Shown here piece after piece: positions 14,344 through 23,560 of a stretch of DNA of 64,000 bases; position 1 is the stretch's first letter, and the number at the start of each line of letters is the position of its first letter. The stretch lies in the NCBI RefSeq assembly GCF_055900595.2, contig NZ_CM148325.1. One strand, 5' to 3'. The notes below the pieces were generated by a model that saw only the letters and a list, made by a program, of their open reading frames with translations, was not told the origin of the DNA and did not search any database. Position numbers and translations under genes: made by a program.

Positions 14344-14444
14344 ATTAACCGTTGAAGTCACAGACTATTTCAGGCATTTCTCAACTCAAAATAACGACAG
14401 CCAACGTGAACTTTATGGCTCTCCAGGATCTGCTTTGTTTTCCA
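14344..14444 (+). other. degenerate duplicate of the oxyS 3' half (relic, not a functional gene call)
   Basis: Roughly 75-80% identity by eye to oxyS 11262..11352 on the same strand (shared blocks TTAACC, TTGAAGTCAC, TTTCTCAACTC, AGCCAACGTGAACTTT, CTCCAGGATC). The terminator stem is eroded. Ends exactly at the kinase stop codon. Confidence 0.6.
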
Positions 14445-15923
14445 TCAAACAACGGAGCTCAGCGCACTGGCTACCTGTTTAAAGCGAGCAAACCGTCGCC
14501 TGAGCATGTGTGCTTTTTCTACATTCGGTTCAAGACGAATCACGTTGAGCTGCGTAGCCTTCATGGCCTGTTTGAATCCAGAATAAGCCCCTCCTCCTAC
14601 TGCCGCACACATTGCAGCCGCTCTACAACCTGACTGTTCAATATCGACAATTTCAAGAGGCATTTTGCTGGCATCACAAAACATCTGCATCCAGATTCTG
14701 GAATGCGTTGGCCCGCCAGAGAAACGAATCGTTTGCAATGACTTATCAATCTCAATAAGACGGTCCTGATGCAACAAATGAGAAAAGACAATGCCCTGAT
14801 AAATAGCGTACACCAAATCTTCTCTTTTATGATGCCCACACAGCCCCAAAAATCCCCCGCTTAATGCCTCATGGTAATTCGAGCCAAACAACCACGGGAA
14901 AAAGAGAATATCATTCTGCTTCTCATACCCTCGTTCCACCCACTCATTAATCACCCGATAACTGTCAGGAAGATCCGGTAAAAATTGCTGCAAGAACCAT
15001 GTCAAATTACTGGCTGATGTAGGGCTTCCCTCATGGGCGAAAAATGTACCTGGAATGCTAAATTTCCCCCATACATAGGGATAATCAGAAGGAATAATGC
15101 GATCAAAGATTCGCGTTGCAATTGACCAGGTGCCAGCAACCGCACTTAACGTTGTACTGTCATAGATGCCAGAAGTGAGCGCCGCACCAACGACATCAAA
15201 AACACCACCAAAAACAGGCGTTCCGGCGAGAAGCCCACATTGGCTGGCTGCTTCAGATGTCACAAACCCAGCTAAATCAGCGGAGCCAATAATATCGGGA
15301 ACCTTACCCGCAACTTCCTTAATCTCAAATAGGCGAAAAAGTTCAGCATCATAAGCACTGGTATATTGATTATAAAAATTACTGCCTGAAATATTGGTTT
15401 CTTCACAAGCCAGTTTGCCAGTAAGCCGTGAACGTATGTAATCATGAACCATCAAAATGGTTCCGATGCGGCCATAATTGTCAGTCTCATGTTTTTTCAA
15501 CCAATGCAATAGTGCTACAGGGTGCGATGGCCAGAGCTGTTGCAGACTACGGTGATAACTTTCGCGGTCAATTCCTTGTTCTTTCCAGCTTGCAACCAGT
15601 TGTTGTGCGCGAGAATCAGAGGAAACAATGCCGTGTCGTAAGGGCTTACCTTGCCGGTCGAGCAGGTACAAACCTTTACCATGAGCAGAAAAACTGATGC
15701 CATCAATCTGACTCGCAGTAATATTGTTATCTGACATCGACAGTGAAATGACCTGGCACGTTACCTTCCATAACGCCTCCATGTCGCGTTCGCAAAAACC
15801 AGGACATGGGCTTAACAGAGGTAACGCCTGCGAAGAGACACCTATTTCACGTCCTTCTGCCGTATAAATTCCCGCTTTGGTTTCTGTACCACCTAAATCG
15901 ACACCAATAAAATACCGCTCCAT
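14445..15923 (-). CDS. FGGY-family carbohydrate kinase, L-xylulokinase (LyxK)-like
   Basis: 492-aa ORF with an N-terminal GVDLGGT phosphate-binding motif; global resemblance to E. coli LyxK/SgbK. Confidence 0.8.
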   Translation of the reverse strand: MERYFIGVDLGGTETKAGIYTAEGREIGVSSQALPLLSPCPGFCERDMEALWKVTCQVISLSMSDNNITASQIDGISFSAHGKGLYLLDRQGKPLRHGIVSSDSRAQQLVASWKEQGIDRESYHRSLQQLWPSHPVALLHWLKKHETDNYGRIGTILMVHDYIRSRLTGKLACEETNISGSNFYNQYTSAYDAELFRLFEIKEVAGKVPDIIGSADLAGFVTSEAASQCGLLAGTPVFGGVFDVVGAALTSGIYDSTTLSAVAGTWSIATRIFDRIIPSDYPYVWGKFSIPGTFFAHEGSPTSASNLTWFLQQFLPDLPDSYRVINEWVERGYEKQNDILFFPWLFGSNYHEALSGGFLGLCGHHKREDLVYAIYQGIVFSHLLHQDRLIEIDKSLQTIRFSGGPTHSRIWMQMFCDASKMPLEIVDIEQSGCRAAAMCAAVGGGAYSGFKQAMKATQLNVIRLEPNVEKAHMLRRRFARFKQVASALSSVV

Positions 15924-15939
15924 GATCCCTCCTTAGTTT

Positions 15940-16803
15940 CTAAATATTATCCCAGCCGGCAAAGCGCATTTTCTCTTCAATCCATTGACGTGCATGAATA
16001 ATTTCTAATAGAGGTTCCGTCGCTTTTTCTGTCCACATTTCTATCAGAAACGTTCCGCGATAATTAAGATTACGCAGGATCTTAAATAATTTAATAAAAT
16101 CTACACACCCTTCACCAAAAGGAACGTCACGAAATTGCCCTGGAGAATCAGGCGTTACTGGGTACGTATCTTTAAGATGGATTGCGGCAATTCGATCAAT
16201 CCCCTTTACCAGCTCACTTTCCAGTTCATTACCCCATGCGGTCAGATTGCCAACATCCGGATAAACGGTAAACCAAGGGGAATTAATTTTTGTATCCAGG
16301 ACTTTCCATTTACTAATAGAATTAATAAATGGCGTATCCATGATCTCTACAGCACACATAACTTGTGCCGCTGCGGCCTGTTCAGCTGTCCAGGCCATCG
16401 CATCTTCAAACCAGGCGATAGTTTCTTCATTCTGCGGCTCATAATAAACGTCATAGCCTGCCAGTTGGATTGTTCGAATCCCCAAATCCTGCGCCAGGCG
16501 TAACGCCTTCAACATAATCGTACGTGCCTGCTGACGAGTATCTCTATCATGGCTACCAAATGGAAAACGCCGGTGAGCAGACAGGCACATTGTCGGAATA
16601 CGGATCCCCGTTTGCTGAATGGCGCTAATAAGCTCCATACGCTCGGTGAGCGACCAGTCCAGGCGGGCGAGTCGTTCATCATTCTCATCTACCGACATCT
16701 CAACAAAATCAAAACCGCAAGATTTAGCCAGGGCTAGTTTCTCTACCCAACTGGTATTCCTGGGTAGCGCTTTTTCATAAATACCTAACGGGTGGCGTCG
16801 CAT
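15940..16803 (-). CDS. L-ribulose-5-phosphate 3-epimerase (UlaE/SgbU family, TIM barrel)
   Basis: 287-aa ORF; the N-terminal LGIYEKALP...FDFVEMSVDE...RLDWS...CLSAHRRFP pattern matches UlaE/SgbU closely. Confidence 0.82.
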   Translation of the reverse strand: MRRHPLGIYEKALPRNTSWVEKLALAKSCGFDFVEMSVDENDERLARLDWSLTERMELISAIQQTGIRIPTMCLSAHRRFPFGSHDRDTRQQARTIMLKALRLAQDLGIRTIQLAGYDVYYEPQNEETIAWFEDAMAWTAEQAAAAQVMCAVEIMDTPFINSISKWKVLDTKINSPWFTVYPDVGNLTAWGNELESELVKGIDRIAAIHLKDTYPVTPDSPGQFRDVPFGEGCVDFIKLFKILRNLNYRGTFLIEMWTEKATEPLLEIIHARQWIEEKMRFAGWDNI

Positions 16804-17879
16804 TATTTTCCCTCACGAGTGATCAATTGTTGTTGAAAGATTTTCCGGCTCTTATTCATGTCACGCTGCAACTGCCATTTTTGTTTGATGAATTTAAATG
16901 CCAGTGCGGCGATCAATGTGATCCCCCATACCGCCAGATTGAAATGCAAACTAAGTCCCAACAGACTAAGGCCGGTAGCAATAACCTGAAGCACAAGTAA
17001 GGCACAAAAAACATGACTGACTTTACCCGCCCCACCGAATGGATCTGTGCCTCCCAATACAATTGCAAGAACCGTCAAGAGCAGATAGGAATCGCCATAG
17101 CCCATACGCGCCGAATTAAATCGCGCGAGCATAATAAGACCTGCTAATACACACAACATGCTGGATATAGCATATATAGCAATTAATACGCGGTCGGTGC
17201 GAATACCGCTAAACCATGTGGCGTTAATATTACTGCCACACATATAAATCGTTTTTCCCGTACGGGTTTTGCCGAGGAACAGAGCTAAAGCAACGGTGGT
17301 GACGATAAAAATTATCATCGGTACTGGGATCCCCATGATAACTTCAGACCCAATACTGCGGACTACTGGTGGCATACCACTTAAAGCTGCCCCCTTAGTC
17401 AGGTAAATACCGATACCACTAATAATGGTCATGCTACCCAATGTGACCAAAATAGGGTGAGCGCCTATATGAGAAATAATTGACCCAGTAATAGCTCCAA
17501 TGATGATGGCAATAAGCATCGCCCCGACAATAGCCAGGAAGAGCCAAAACAACTGACTACCTGTAGATGCATCTGCGGGTACATATTGAATCAACAGCCA
17601 GGCCATAAACAGGCTGGTCAGATTCGCAGTACCGATGATTGCCAGATTGAGCCCCCCGCTCAACATGGGTATAAACATCGCAAACGTGAGCAACCCAAGC
17701 TCTGGCAATTGAAATGCAATGCTCAGAAAAGTATTGCCGGTGAAAAAACGCCCCGGCATTACCAGACTAAATAACACCACCGCAATAAAACATATTGATA
17801 ATAAGCCTGAACTGGTACCATCTAGTGGAAAAAATATCCGCTTGTTCATTTCGATCCTCCCGTTAGACGAAACCAACAT
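16803..17879 (-). CDS. monosaccharide ABC transporter permease (CUT2 family)
   Basis: 358-aa polytopic membrane protein immediately downstream of a paralogous permease. True start may be the internal Met (MNKRIFF) at 17849. Confidence 0.75.
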   Translation of the reverse strand: MLVSSNGRIEMNKRIFFPLDGTSSGLLSICFIAVVLFSLVMPGRFFTGNTFLSIAFQLPELGLLTFAMFIPMLSGGLNLAIIGTANLTSLFMAWLLIQYVPADASTGSQLFWLFLAIVGAMLIAIIIGAITGSIISHIGAHPILVTLGSMTIISGIGIYLTKGAALSGMPPVVRSIGSEVIMGIPVPMIIFIVTTVALALFLGKTRTGKTIYMCGSNINATWFSGIRTDRVLIAIYAISSMLCVLAGLIMLARFNSARMGYGDSYLLLTVLAIVLGGTDPFGGAGKVSHVFCALLVLQVIATGLSLLGLSLHFNLAVWGITLIAALAFKFIKQKWQLQRDMNKSRKIFQQQLITREGK

Positions 17880-18855
17880 CAGTTTCTTTACGTTTTTTGT
17901 AATGGGTCACACAAATCGCCGAGACAATAACCACTCCAATAACGATATTGACGAAATAACTCGAGATGCCAATCAAATTAAGGCCGTTTTTAAGAATACC
18001 GATAAGAAATACGCCCATAAGCGTACCAATGACCGTACCACGTCCGCCTGATAAACTGGCACCGCCCAATACCGCTGCAGCCAGCACATCCAACTCTCCG
18101 CCAACCAATGCATTCGGCACAACTTCACTCATACGGTAAGCTTGCAGCATTCCACCAATTGCTGCAGCGGCACCAAGATAACCATAAGCAAACAGATAAA
18201 TTAGCGACACCCGAATCCCAATACGTCTTGCTGATTCGGTATTCCCTCCCACGGCATAAAGCTGACGCCCAATATGGGTTTTGTTCATTATCATCCACGT
18301 CAGAAATGCCATTCCCAGCATAACCACTAACGGTAATCCGATCTGGTAATCTTCTCCGCCAAATTCAAAACTCAGGAAAGAACGCTGCGTAATCCACCAA
18401 TCCGGTAAATCGTAAATACTGTGGCCATTAGTCAACCACATCAACATACCGAACAGTAGCGACTGCATACTAATCGTAATGATGATGGAAACGACATTAA
18501 GGTAATAAATAAGAATAGCGTTTATCAAACCAAAAATGATGCCAAGAAAAACAGCAAACACCAGACAGAAAAATGGATTTGATAGCGTTTCATTAAGCAG
18601 TAACGACGCCACAACATATTGCACAACCGAAGCTACTGCTGCAAAAGAGATATCAATTCCGCCAGTAACCAATACGACAAATAATCCGAGGGCGAAAATA
18701 CCCGTTACGGCATAACTTTCCGAGAGATCGAGCAAGTTCTGTATTGATAAAAACTCATCGCTCATGATGGAAAAAAATACCAGCATGAGAACAATGACCC
18801 ATCCTAACCAAGCTTCGACTGAACGAGGAAACCGCAGCCGCATAAAGCTAACCAT
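17863..18855 (-). CDS. monosaccharide ABC transporter permease (CUT2 family)
   Basis: 330-aa polytopic membrane protein; start overlaps the ATPase stop by 8 nt (translational coupling). Confidence 0.75.
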   Translation of the reverse strand: MVSFMRLRFPRSVEAWLGWVIVLMLVFFSIMSDEFLSIQNLLDLSESYAVTGIFALGLFVVLVTGGIDISFAAVASVVQYVVASLLLNETLSNPFFCLVFAVFLGIIFGLINAILIYYLNVVSIIITISMQSLLFGMLMWLTNGHSIYDLPDWWITQRSFLSFEFGGEDYQIGLPLVVMLGMAFLTWMIMNKTHIGRQLYAVGGNTESARRIGIRVSLIYLFAYGYLGAAAAIGGMLQAYRMSEVVPNALVGGELDVLAAAVLGGASLSGGRGTVIGTLMGVFLIGILKNGLNLIGISSYFVNIVIGVVIVSAICVTHYKKRKETDVGFV

Positions 18856-20365
18856 TAATCACCTCCGCCAACTGCTGCTCGGTATAATTCGAAGGCAACA
18901 GCTCATTAATAATCTTTCCGCGCTTCATATGAAAAATACGATCGCAGTTATAATAAGCTTCTGGTGCTTCATCAGTAATTAATATCACTGAAATACCCAC
19001 ACCTGAAAGCCGATGAATAAGCTGGTAAATACTATCTTTTGCGCCAATATCTACACCTACCGTTGGCGCATCCAGAATTAAAACCTTAGGTCGTGTTAAA
19101 ATCCATTTAGCCAGGACAACCTTTTGTTGATTGCCGCCAGATAGCGTTGAAAGTGGATTATTTGGATCGGTGACTTTAATATCCAAATCCTGGATCCACT
19201 CCTTGACTAAGGTTTCTTTTCGATTTTCATCAATAAACCCCGATGCCGTCTTTAAACGATCCAGAATCGAGAGCACCATATTATCGCTGATAGATTGGGG
19301 TAATACGGCCCCCAGTGTCAGGCGATCTTCTGAAACATATGCTATTCCCAGTTTTACCGCATGCGTGTTGTCTTTAATTGTAACGGGCTTACCTTCCAGA
19401 TAAATATCACCACTATCTGGTCGAGTAATACCGAAAAGACTCAATGCTAATTCAGTTCTCCCCGCACCAAGTAAACCACACAATCCCAGAACCTCGCCCT
19501 GGTGTAGTTTTAGAGAAACATCTTCAAATTGCCCTTTTCTGCATAATTTGTTTAGTTCAAGGACTACTTTGCCTTCAACGCTATTTGGTAGCTTCTTCTG
19601 GTGGACTATAGTTTTTCCGGTCATTAACTCAGTAATATCGCCCGGAGAAAGTTGATTGGCAGCCCACGTTCCAATTATCTCTCCATCACGGATGACCGTA
19701 ATCCGATCTGAAATTTCCTTAACTTCATCAAGGCGGTGGCTAACAAAAACTACGGTAATATTTTTATCGCGTAAGTAATTCACTGTGCGTAGTAATTGAT
19801 TAACTTCTGTACGCGTCAATGATGCCGTTGGCTCGTCCATGATGACTAAGCGGGCATCGGCAATCAGAGCCCGGCAAATCGCGACCTGTTGGCGTTGTGC
19901 AATCGGCAAATGTTGTACTAACGCATCAGGATCGAGATTGAATTGCAGCTCCTGAATTATTTTCTGCGATACATCTCGAAGTTGTTTTTTTCTGTGCAGC
20001 CCTAAATATCCCTTCAGGTTGTATTCAAAAGCGATATTTTCAGCAACAGAAAGATTTGGGAATAAAGAAAGATCCTGATATATCACCTGAATACCCAGTT
20101 CCCGAGCTTTATCAGGAGAAAGACGAGTCCAGGACTTACCATCTATAATAATTTCACTTCCCGAATCAGGGACATAAACACCACACAGCGTTTTGATCAG
20201 AGTACTTTTACCACACCCATTCGCACCAGCAAGACAATGAACCTCACCTTTATTTAAGGTAAGATTGATATTCTTTAGAGCCCTATGGCCACCGAAACTT
20301 TTCGTTAGTGACCTTAGCGTCACTAATGGTTGCTCCGCATTCTTCTCTATAATATGAGGCATCAT
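18848..20365 (-). CDS. sugar ABC transporter ATP-binding protein with duplicated nucleotide-binding domains
   Basis: 505-aa ORF with Walker A GANGCGKST, a second P-loop GLLGAGRTE and the ABC signature LSGGNQQKV; architecture of RbsA/AraG/LsrA-type importers. Confidence 0.85.
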   Translation of the reverse strand: MMPHIIEKNAEQPLVTLRSLTKSFGGHRALKNINLTLNKGEVHCLAGANGCGKSTLIKTLCGVYVPDSGSEIIIDGKSWTRLSPDKARELGIQVIYQDLSLFPNLSVAENIAFEYNLKGYLGLHRKKQLRDVSQKIIQELQFNLDPDALVQHLPIAQRQQVAICRALIADARLVIMDEPTASLTRTEVNQLLRTVNYLRDKNITVVFVSHRLDEVKEISDRITVIRDGEIIGTWAANQLSPGDITELMTGKTIVHQKKLPNSVEGKVVLELNKLCRKGQFEDVSLKLHQGEVLGLCGLLGAGRTELALSLFGITRPDSGDIYLEGKPVTIKDNTHAVKLGIAYVSEDRLTLGAVLPQSISDNMVLSILDRLKTASGFIDENRKETLVKEWIQDLDIKVTDPNNPLSTLSGGNQQKVVLAKWILTRPKVLILDAPTVGVDIGAKDSIYQLIHRLSGVGISVILITDEAPEAYYNCDRIFHMKRGKIINELLPSNYTEQQLAEVING

Positions 20366-20428
20366 AATATTCCTGAATACGACTAAAGGAATTCCGGGTC
20401 AAATTTGACCCGGTGATTTACAGTAAAA

Positions 20429-21433
20429 TTACAAGCCTAGCTTCACTAAACGTCGTGTATTTTCAAGATCGAGCTTTTCTGGATTATCACTATAAATAGT
20501 GTTGTTATTAACCTTGATCTCGCCCATATCACCGATTTTTACACCGTCTTTAATAGGTTCACCGTTCATCATTGCCGTCGCAACCTGGACAAAAACCTTA
20601 CCCGCAATCATAGGGTTTGAAATATATCCCCCATCAATGGCACCTTTTTCGAGTAGCTTAATTCCCTGACCTGGAGTGAAGGTTCCAAAAACGCAAATTG
20701 CATCATTTTTCTTCCGCTTATCAATAGCACGCCCCGCACCAATTGGTCCTTGTGAACCAAATGACATAATGCCTTTAAGATCTTTATATTTAGACATTAA
20801 ATCGTTCGTCGTGCGCATTGAATCATCCACCGACTCAGCAACACCAAAACGATCTTCAACCAACGTCATATTTGGATAATGTTCTTTTTGATAGGCAATC
20901 GCGGCATTGGCCCAGTCATTTACCAAAGGCACAGTCAGACTGCCGACAAACATGGCGTATTTACCTTCTTCGCCCATACACTTCGCCATATCTTTCATAT
21001 GATTGGCACCCATTGTCTGGGTATTTAACAACTCAAAATCCCAATCTGCATTTTTTTGATCTGGTGATTCGTGGGTAATAACTTTAATACCGGCTTCTTG
21101 TGCACGCTTAAGTACAGGTTCAAGAACCTTTGCATCGTTAGGAACAACACCAATAACATCCACTTTTCGTGCAATTAAATCTTCAATCGCCCGAACCTGT
21201 TCAGCTGGATCTGCCGTTGTAGGGCCGACCTGCCATGCATCAACCCCCAATAGTTTTCCTTCATTTTTAATGCCTTGTTCCATCACATTAAACCAGGGAA
21301 TTCCACCGACTTTTACTACTACCCCCATCGTAAAAGGTTTATTCGCTTTTTGTGATGTTACAGTCTGATCAGCCCATGCAGCAGTGGAAGATAATACGGT
21401 AGCAATAAGGCAGGGTAAGATTAATTTTTTCAT
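20429..21433 (-). CDS. periplasmic sugar-binding protein (type I PBP, ABC substrate-binding component)
   Basis: 334-aa ORF with an N-terminal signal peptide (MKKLILPCLIATVLSSTAAWA) and LsrB/RbsB-like fold features; first gene of the transporter operon. Confidence 0.75.
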   Translation of the reverse strand: MKKLILPCLIATVLSSTAAWADQTVTSQKANKPFTMGVVVKVGGIPWFNVMEQGIKNEGKLLGVDAWQVGPTTADPAEQVRAIEDLIARKVDVIGVVPNDAKVLEPVLKRAQEAGIKVITHESPDQKNADWDFELLNTQTMGANHMKDMAKCMGEEGKYAMFVGSLTVPLVNDWANAAIAYQKEHYPNMTLVEDRFGVAESVDDSMRTTNDLMSKYKDLKGIMSFGSQGPIGAGRAIDKRKKNDAICVFGTFTPGQGIKLLEKGAIDGGYISNPMIAGKVFVQVATAMMNGEPIKDGVKIGDMGEIKVNNNTIYSDNPEKLDLENTRRLVKLGL

Positions 21434-21555
21434 CGTAATTTCCTTAAGAAATAGTTCAGGTGTCAGGAAAACTCGATATAATATCGACCTGACTATTTAT
21501 ATAATTTATAATCCCTTAGGCATTGATTAATAATTTAGACAATAAATAACGCCTA

Positions 21556-22365
21556 TTATTTATCAACCTCCACAATGTTTAATTGTGGAAATTGTGTTCG
21601 ATACCGAGTATCTGTACAAACATTAGTCACCAGAATATCGATTTCATCCAGCGTGCATATTTTACTAAATGCATACTGTTCAAACTTAGTGGAGTCGACC
21701 AGCAATATTTTTTGTCCTGACACCTGAAGCATCACCTGTTTAAGTCTGGCATTAATTTCACTGCCATCGCGGACACCATTCCCCAGATTCAACCCCTGGC
21801 ATGAAAAGAAAAAACTGTTGATTTGAAAATTTCGGATCGCACTCTCTGCAACCGGGCCATGAAAATCATCATGTCGCTCAGAATACTCACCACCGATACC
21901 AATAATTCGAACTCGATCACGGCAAGCTAACGCCTGAATTATCCGTAATGAATTTGTAACTACGGTAACATCTATATCGGGAATTTGACGAGCTAAAAAC
22001 CAACAAGTACTACTGTTATCCATTAAAATACAATCACCAGGGTGAATAAATTGCAATGCGGCCTTCGCAATTCTGGCTTTTATATCAGGATTTTCTTCAG
22101 TCCGTTTACGGAATGATTCCGCACGATCGATACTATTATCTTGCCACGCATTATCGGCGAGCATAACCGGAGCGCTATCAGATGAATCCAGAGCGACCGC
22201 GCCACCAAAGCTACGGATTAACTTTTTGTTGCGCTCCAGTACCGTTAAATCCCGACGAATTGTCTCAGGAGACGCTTTAAATAATCGTGATAATTCAGTT
22301 ACCCGCACAGCACCTTGTTTTTGTACATGTGCGCATATCATTTTATGGCGCTCTGCCTGCAACAT
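21556..22365 (-). CDS. DeoR-family transcriptional regulator
   Basis: 269-aa ORF with an N-terminal HTH (VRVTELSRLFKASPETIRRDLTVLE) and a C-terminal DeoR sugar-phosphate-binding domain. Confidence 0.8.
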   Translation of the reverse strand: MLQAERHKMICAHVQKQGAVRVTELSRLFKASPETIRRDLTVLERNKKLIRSFGGAVALDSSDSAPVMLADNAWQDNSIDRAESFRKRTEENPDIKARIAKAALQFIHPGDCILMDNSSTCWFLARQIPDIDVTVVTNSLRIIQALACRDRVRIIGIGGEYSERHDDFHGPVAESAIRNFQINSFFFSCQGLNLGNGVRDGSEINARLKQVMLQVSGQKILLVDSTKFEQYAFSKICTLDEIDILVTNVCTDTRYRTQFPQLNIVEVDK

Positions 22366-22806
22366 AGTATCGGTCCGTTATTATCAAATTAGCATGCTTA
22401 TATAATTAACTGTTCCCTCATAAAATAAAGTGATAGGAATCAAGATTCATTTTATAATTATAATCGCAAACAGGAATGGTGATCTTTATCACAAATTAAA
22501 TTGAGAACACTCTACTATTTGACATTACTTTGAGATATCGGTCACTAAATAAGTCTTATTCTGCCATCTAACGAAAAATTTAAATACAAAAACAAAAATA
22601 ATCGGGCATAGCAATCGCTTCCATTCATGACCGAATACGCCCGAATAAAACCGTTTATACCCACTTATCCTCTTTCGTTGCCTTCTTACATGCCTTGAAT
22701 ATTTTACATTTCTTATATTCAGCGTAATTTAGGAAACATAATTTATGAGCAAAAAAAGCCCAAACTCAAAAGTTAAAGTTTATTTATATAATACATACAG
22801 ATTATC

Positions 22807-23511
22807 GTGGAGTTAAAAATGGATATGCTAAAGGAAAAAGTTCTTGCTGCGAATTTATCATTACCCCTTCATCAGTTAGTGACGTTTACCTGGGGAAATG
22901 TTAGTGGTGTTGATCGCGAAAAAGGTGTCATGGTTATTAAACCTTCTGGGGTCGAATACAGCCAAATGGGCATTGCAGATATGGTGGTAGTGGATTTACA
23001 AAGTGGTGAAGTTATTGATGGACACAGGAAACCCTCTTCAGACACCGATACTCATCTGGCGCTATACCGTGCTTTCCCGGATATTGGTGGTATCGTTCAT
23101 ACCCATTCCCGACACGCCACAATATGGGCTCAGGCCGGAAAAGATCTCACGGCCTTTGGGACAACCCACGCTGATTATTTCTACGGCACTATCCCCTGTA
23201 CACGCCCCATGAAGGATGACGAAATTAATGGACAATATGAATATGAAACGGGGCGAGTGATTATTGAAACGTTCAGACAACGAGAAATATCTCCCGCTGA
23301 CATTCCGGCTGTTTTAGTAAACAGTCATGGCCCCTTTGCCTGGGGAACTGATCCCGCGAACGCCGTGCATAACGCCGTTGTACTTGAAGAAATTGCCTAT
23401 ATGAATCTCTTTACACAACAACTACAGCCCCATCTTACGGCTATTCAACAGCCTCTACTGGATAAGCATTTTTTACGCAAGCATGGTGCCAATGCTTATT
23501 ACGGGCAGTAA
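22807..23511 (+). CDS. L-ribulose-5-phosphate 4-epimerase (class II aldolase fold, AraD/SgbE/UlaF family)
   Basis: 234-aa ORF closely resembling AraD ([74 protein letters not shown]), including the conserved metal-binding His residues. Confidence 0.85.
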   Translation: MELKMDMLKEKVLAANLSLPLHQLVTFTWGNVSGVDREKGVMVIKPSGVEYSQMGIADMVVVDLQSGEVIDGHRKPSSDTDTHLALYRAFPDIGGIVHTHSRHATIWAQAGKDLTAFGTTHADYFYGTIPCTRPMKDDEINGQYEYETGRVIIETFRQREISPADIPAVLVNSHGPFAWGTDPANAVHNAVVLEEIAYMNLFTQQLQPHLTAIQQPLLDKHFLRKHGANAYYGQ

Positions 23512-23560
23512 CCCTCTTAGCATGGCCTGGCGTTTTGCCAAGCCATAAATCGCCTAAGAC

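Noticed and set aside
14255-14482. 75-aa plus-strand ORF over the oxyS-like relic and kinase 3' end
   Set aside because: It overlaps a decayed sRNA/terminator copy and the end of the kinase gene, with low-complexity translation; treated as noncoding.
11392-23511. Considered labelling the ABC operon as the lsr (autoinducer-2) system
   Set aside because: The component layout is superficially similar, but the epimerases match UlaE/SgbU and AraD rather than LsrF/LsrG, the regulator is DeoR-type rather than SorC-type, and gene order differs; a pentulose pathway fits better.
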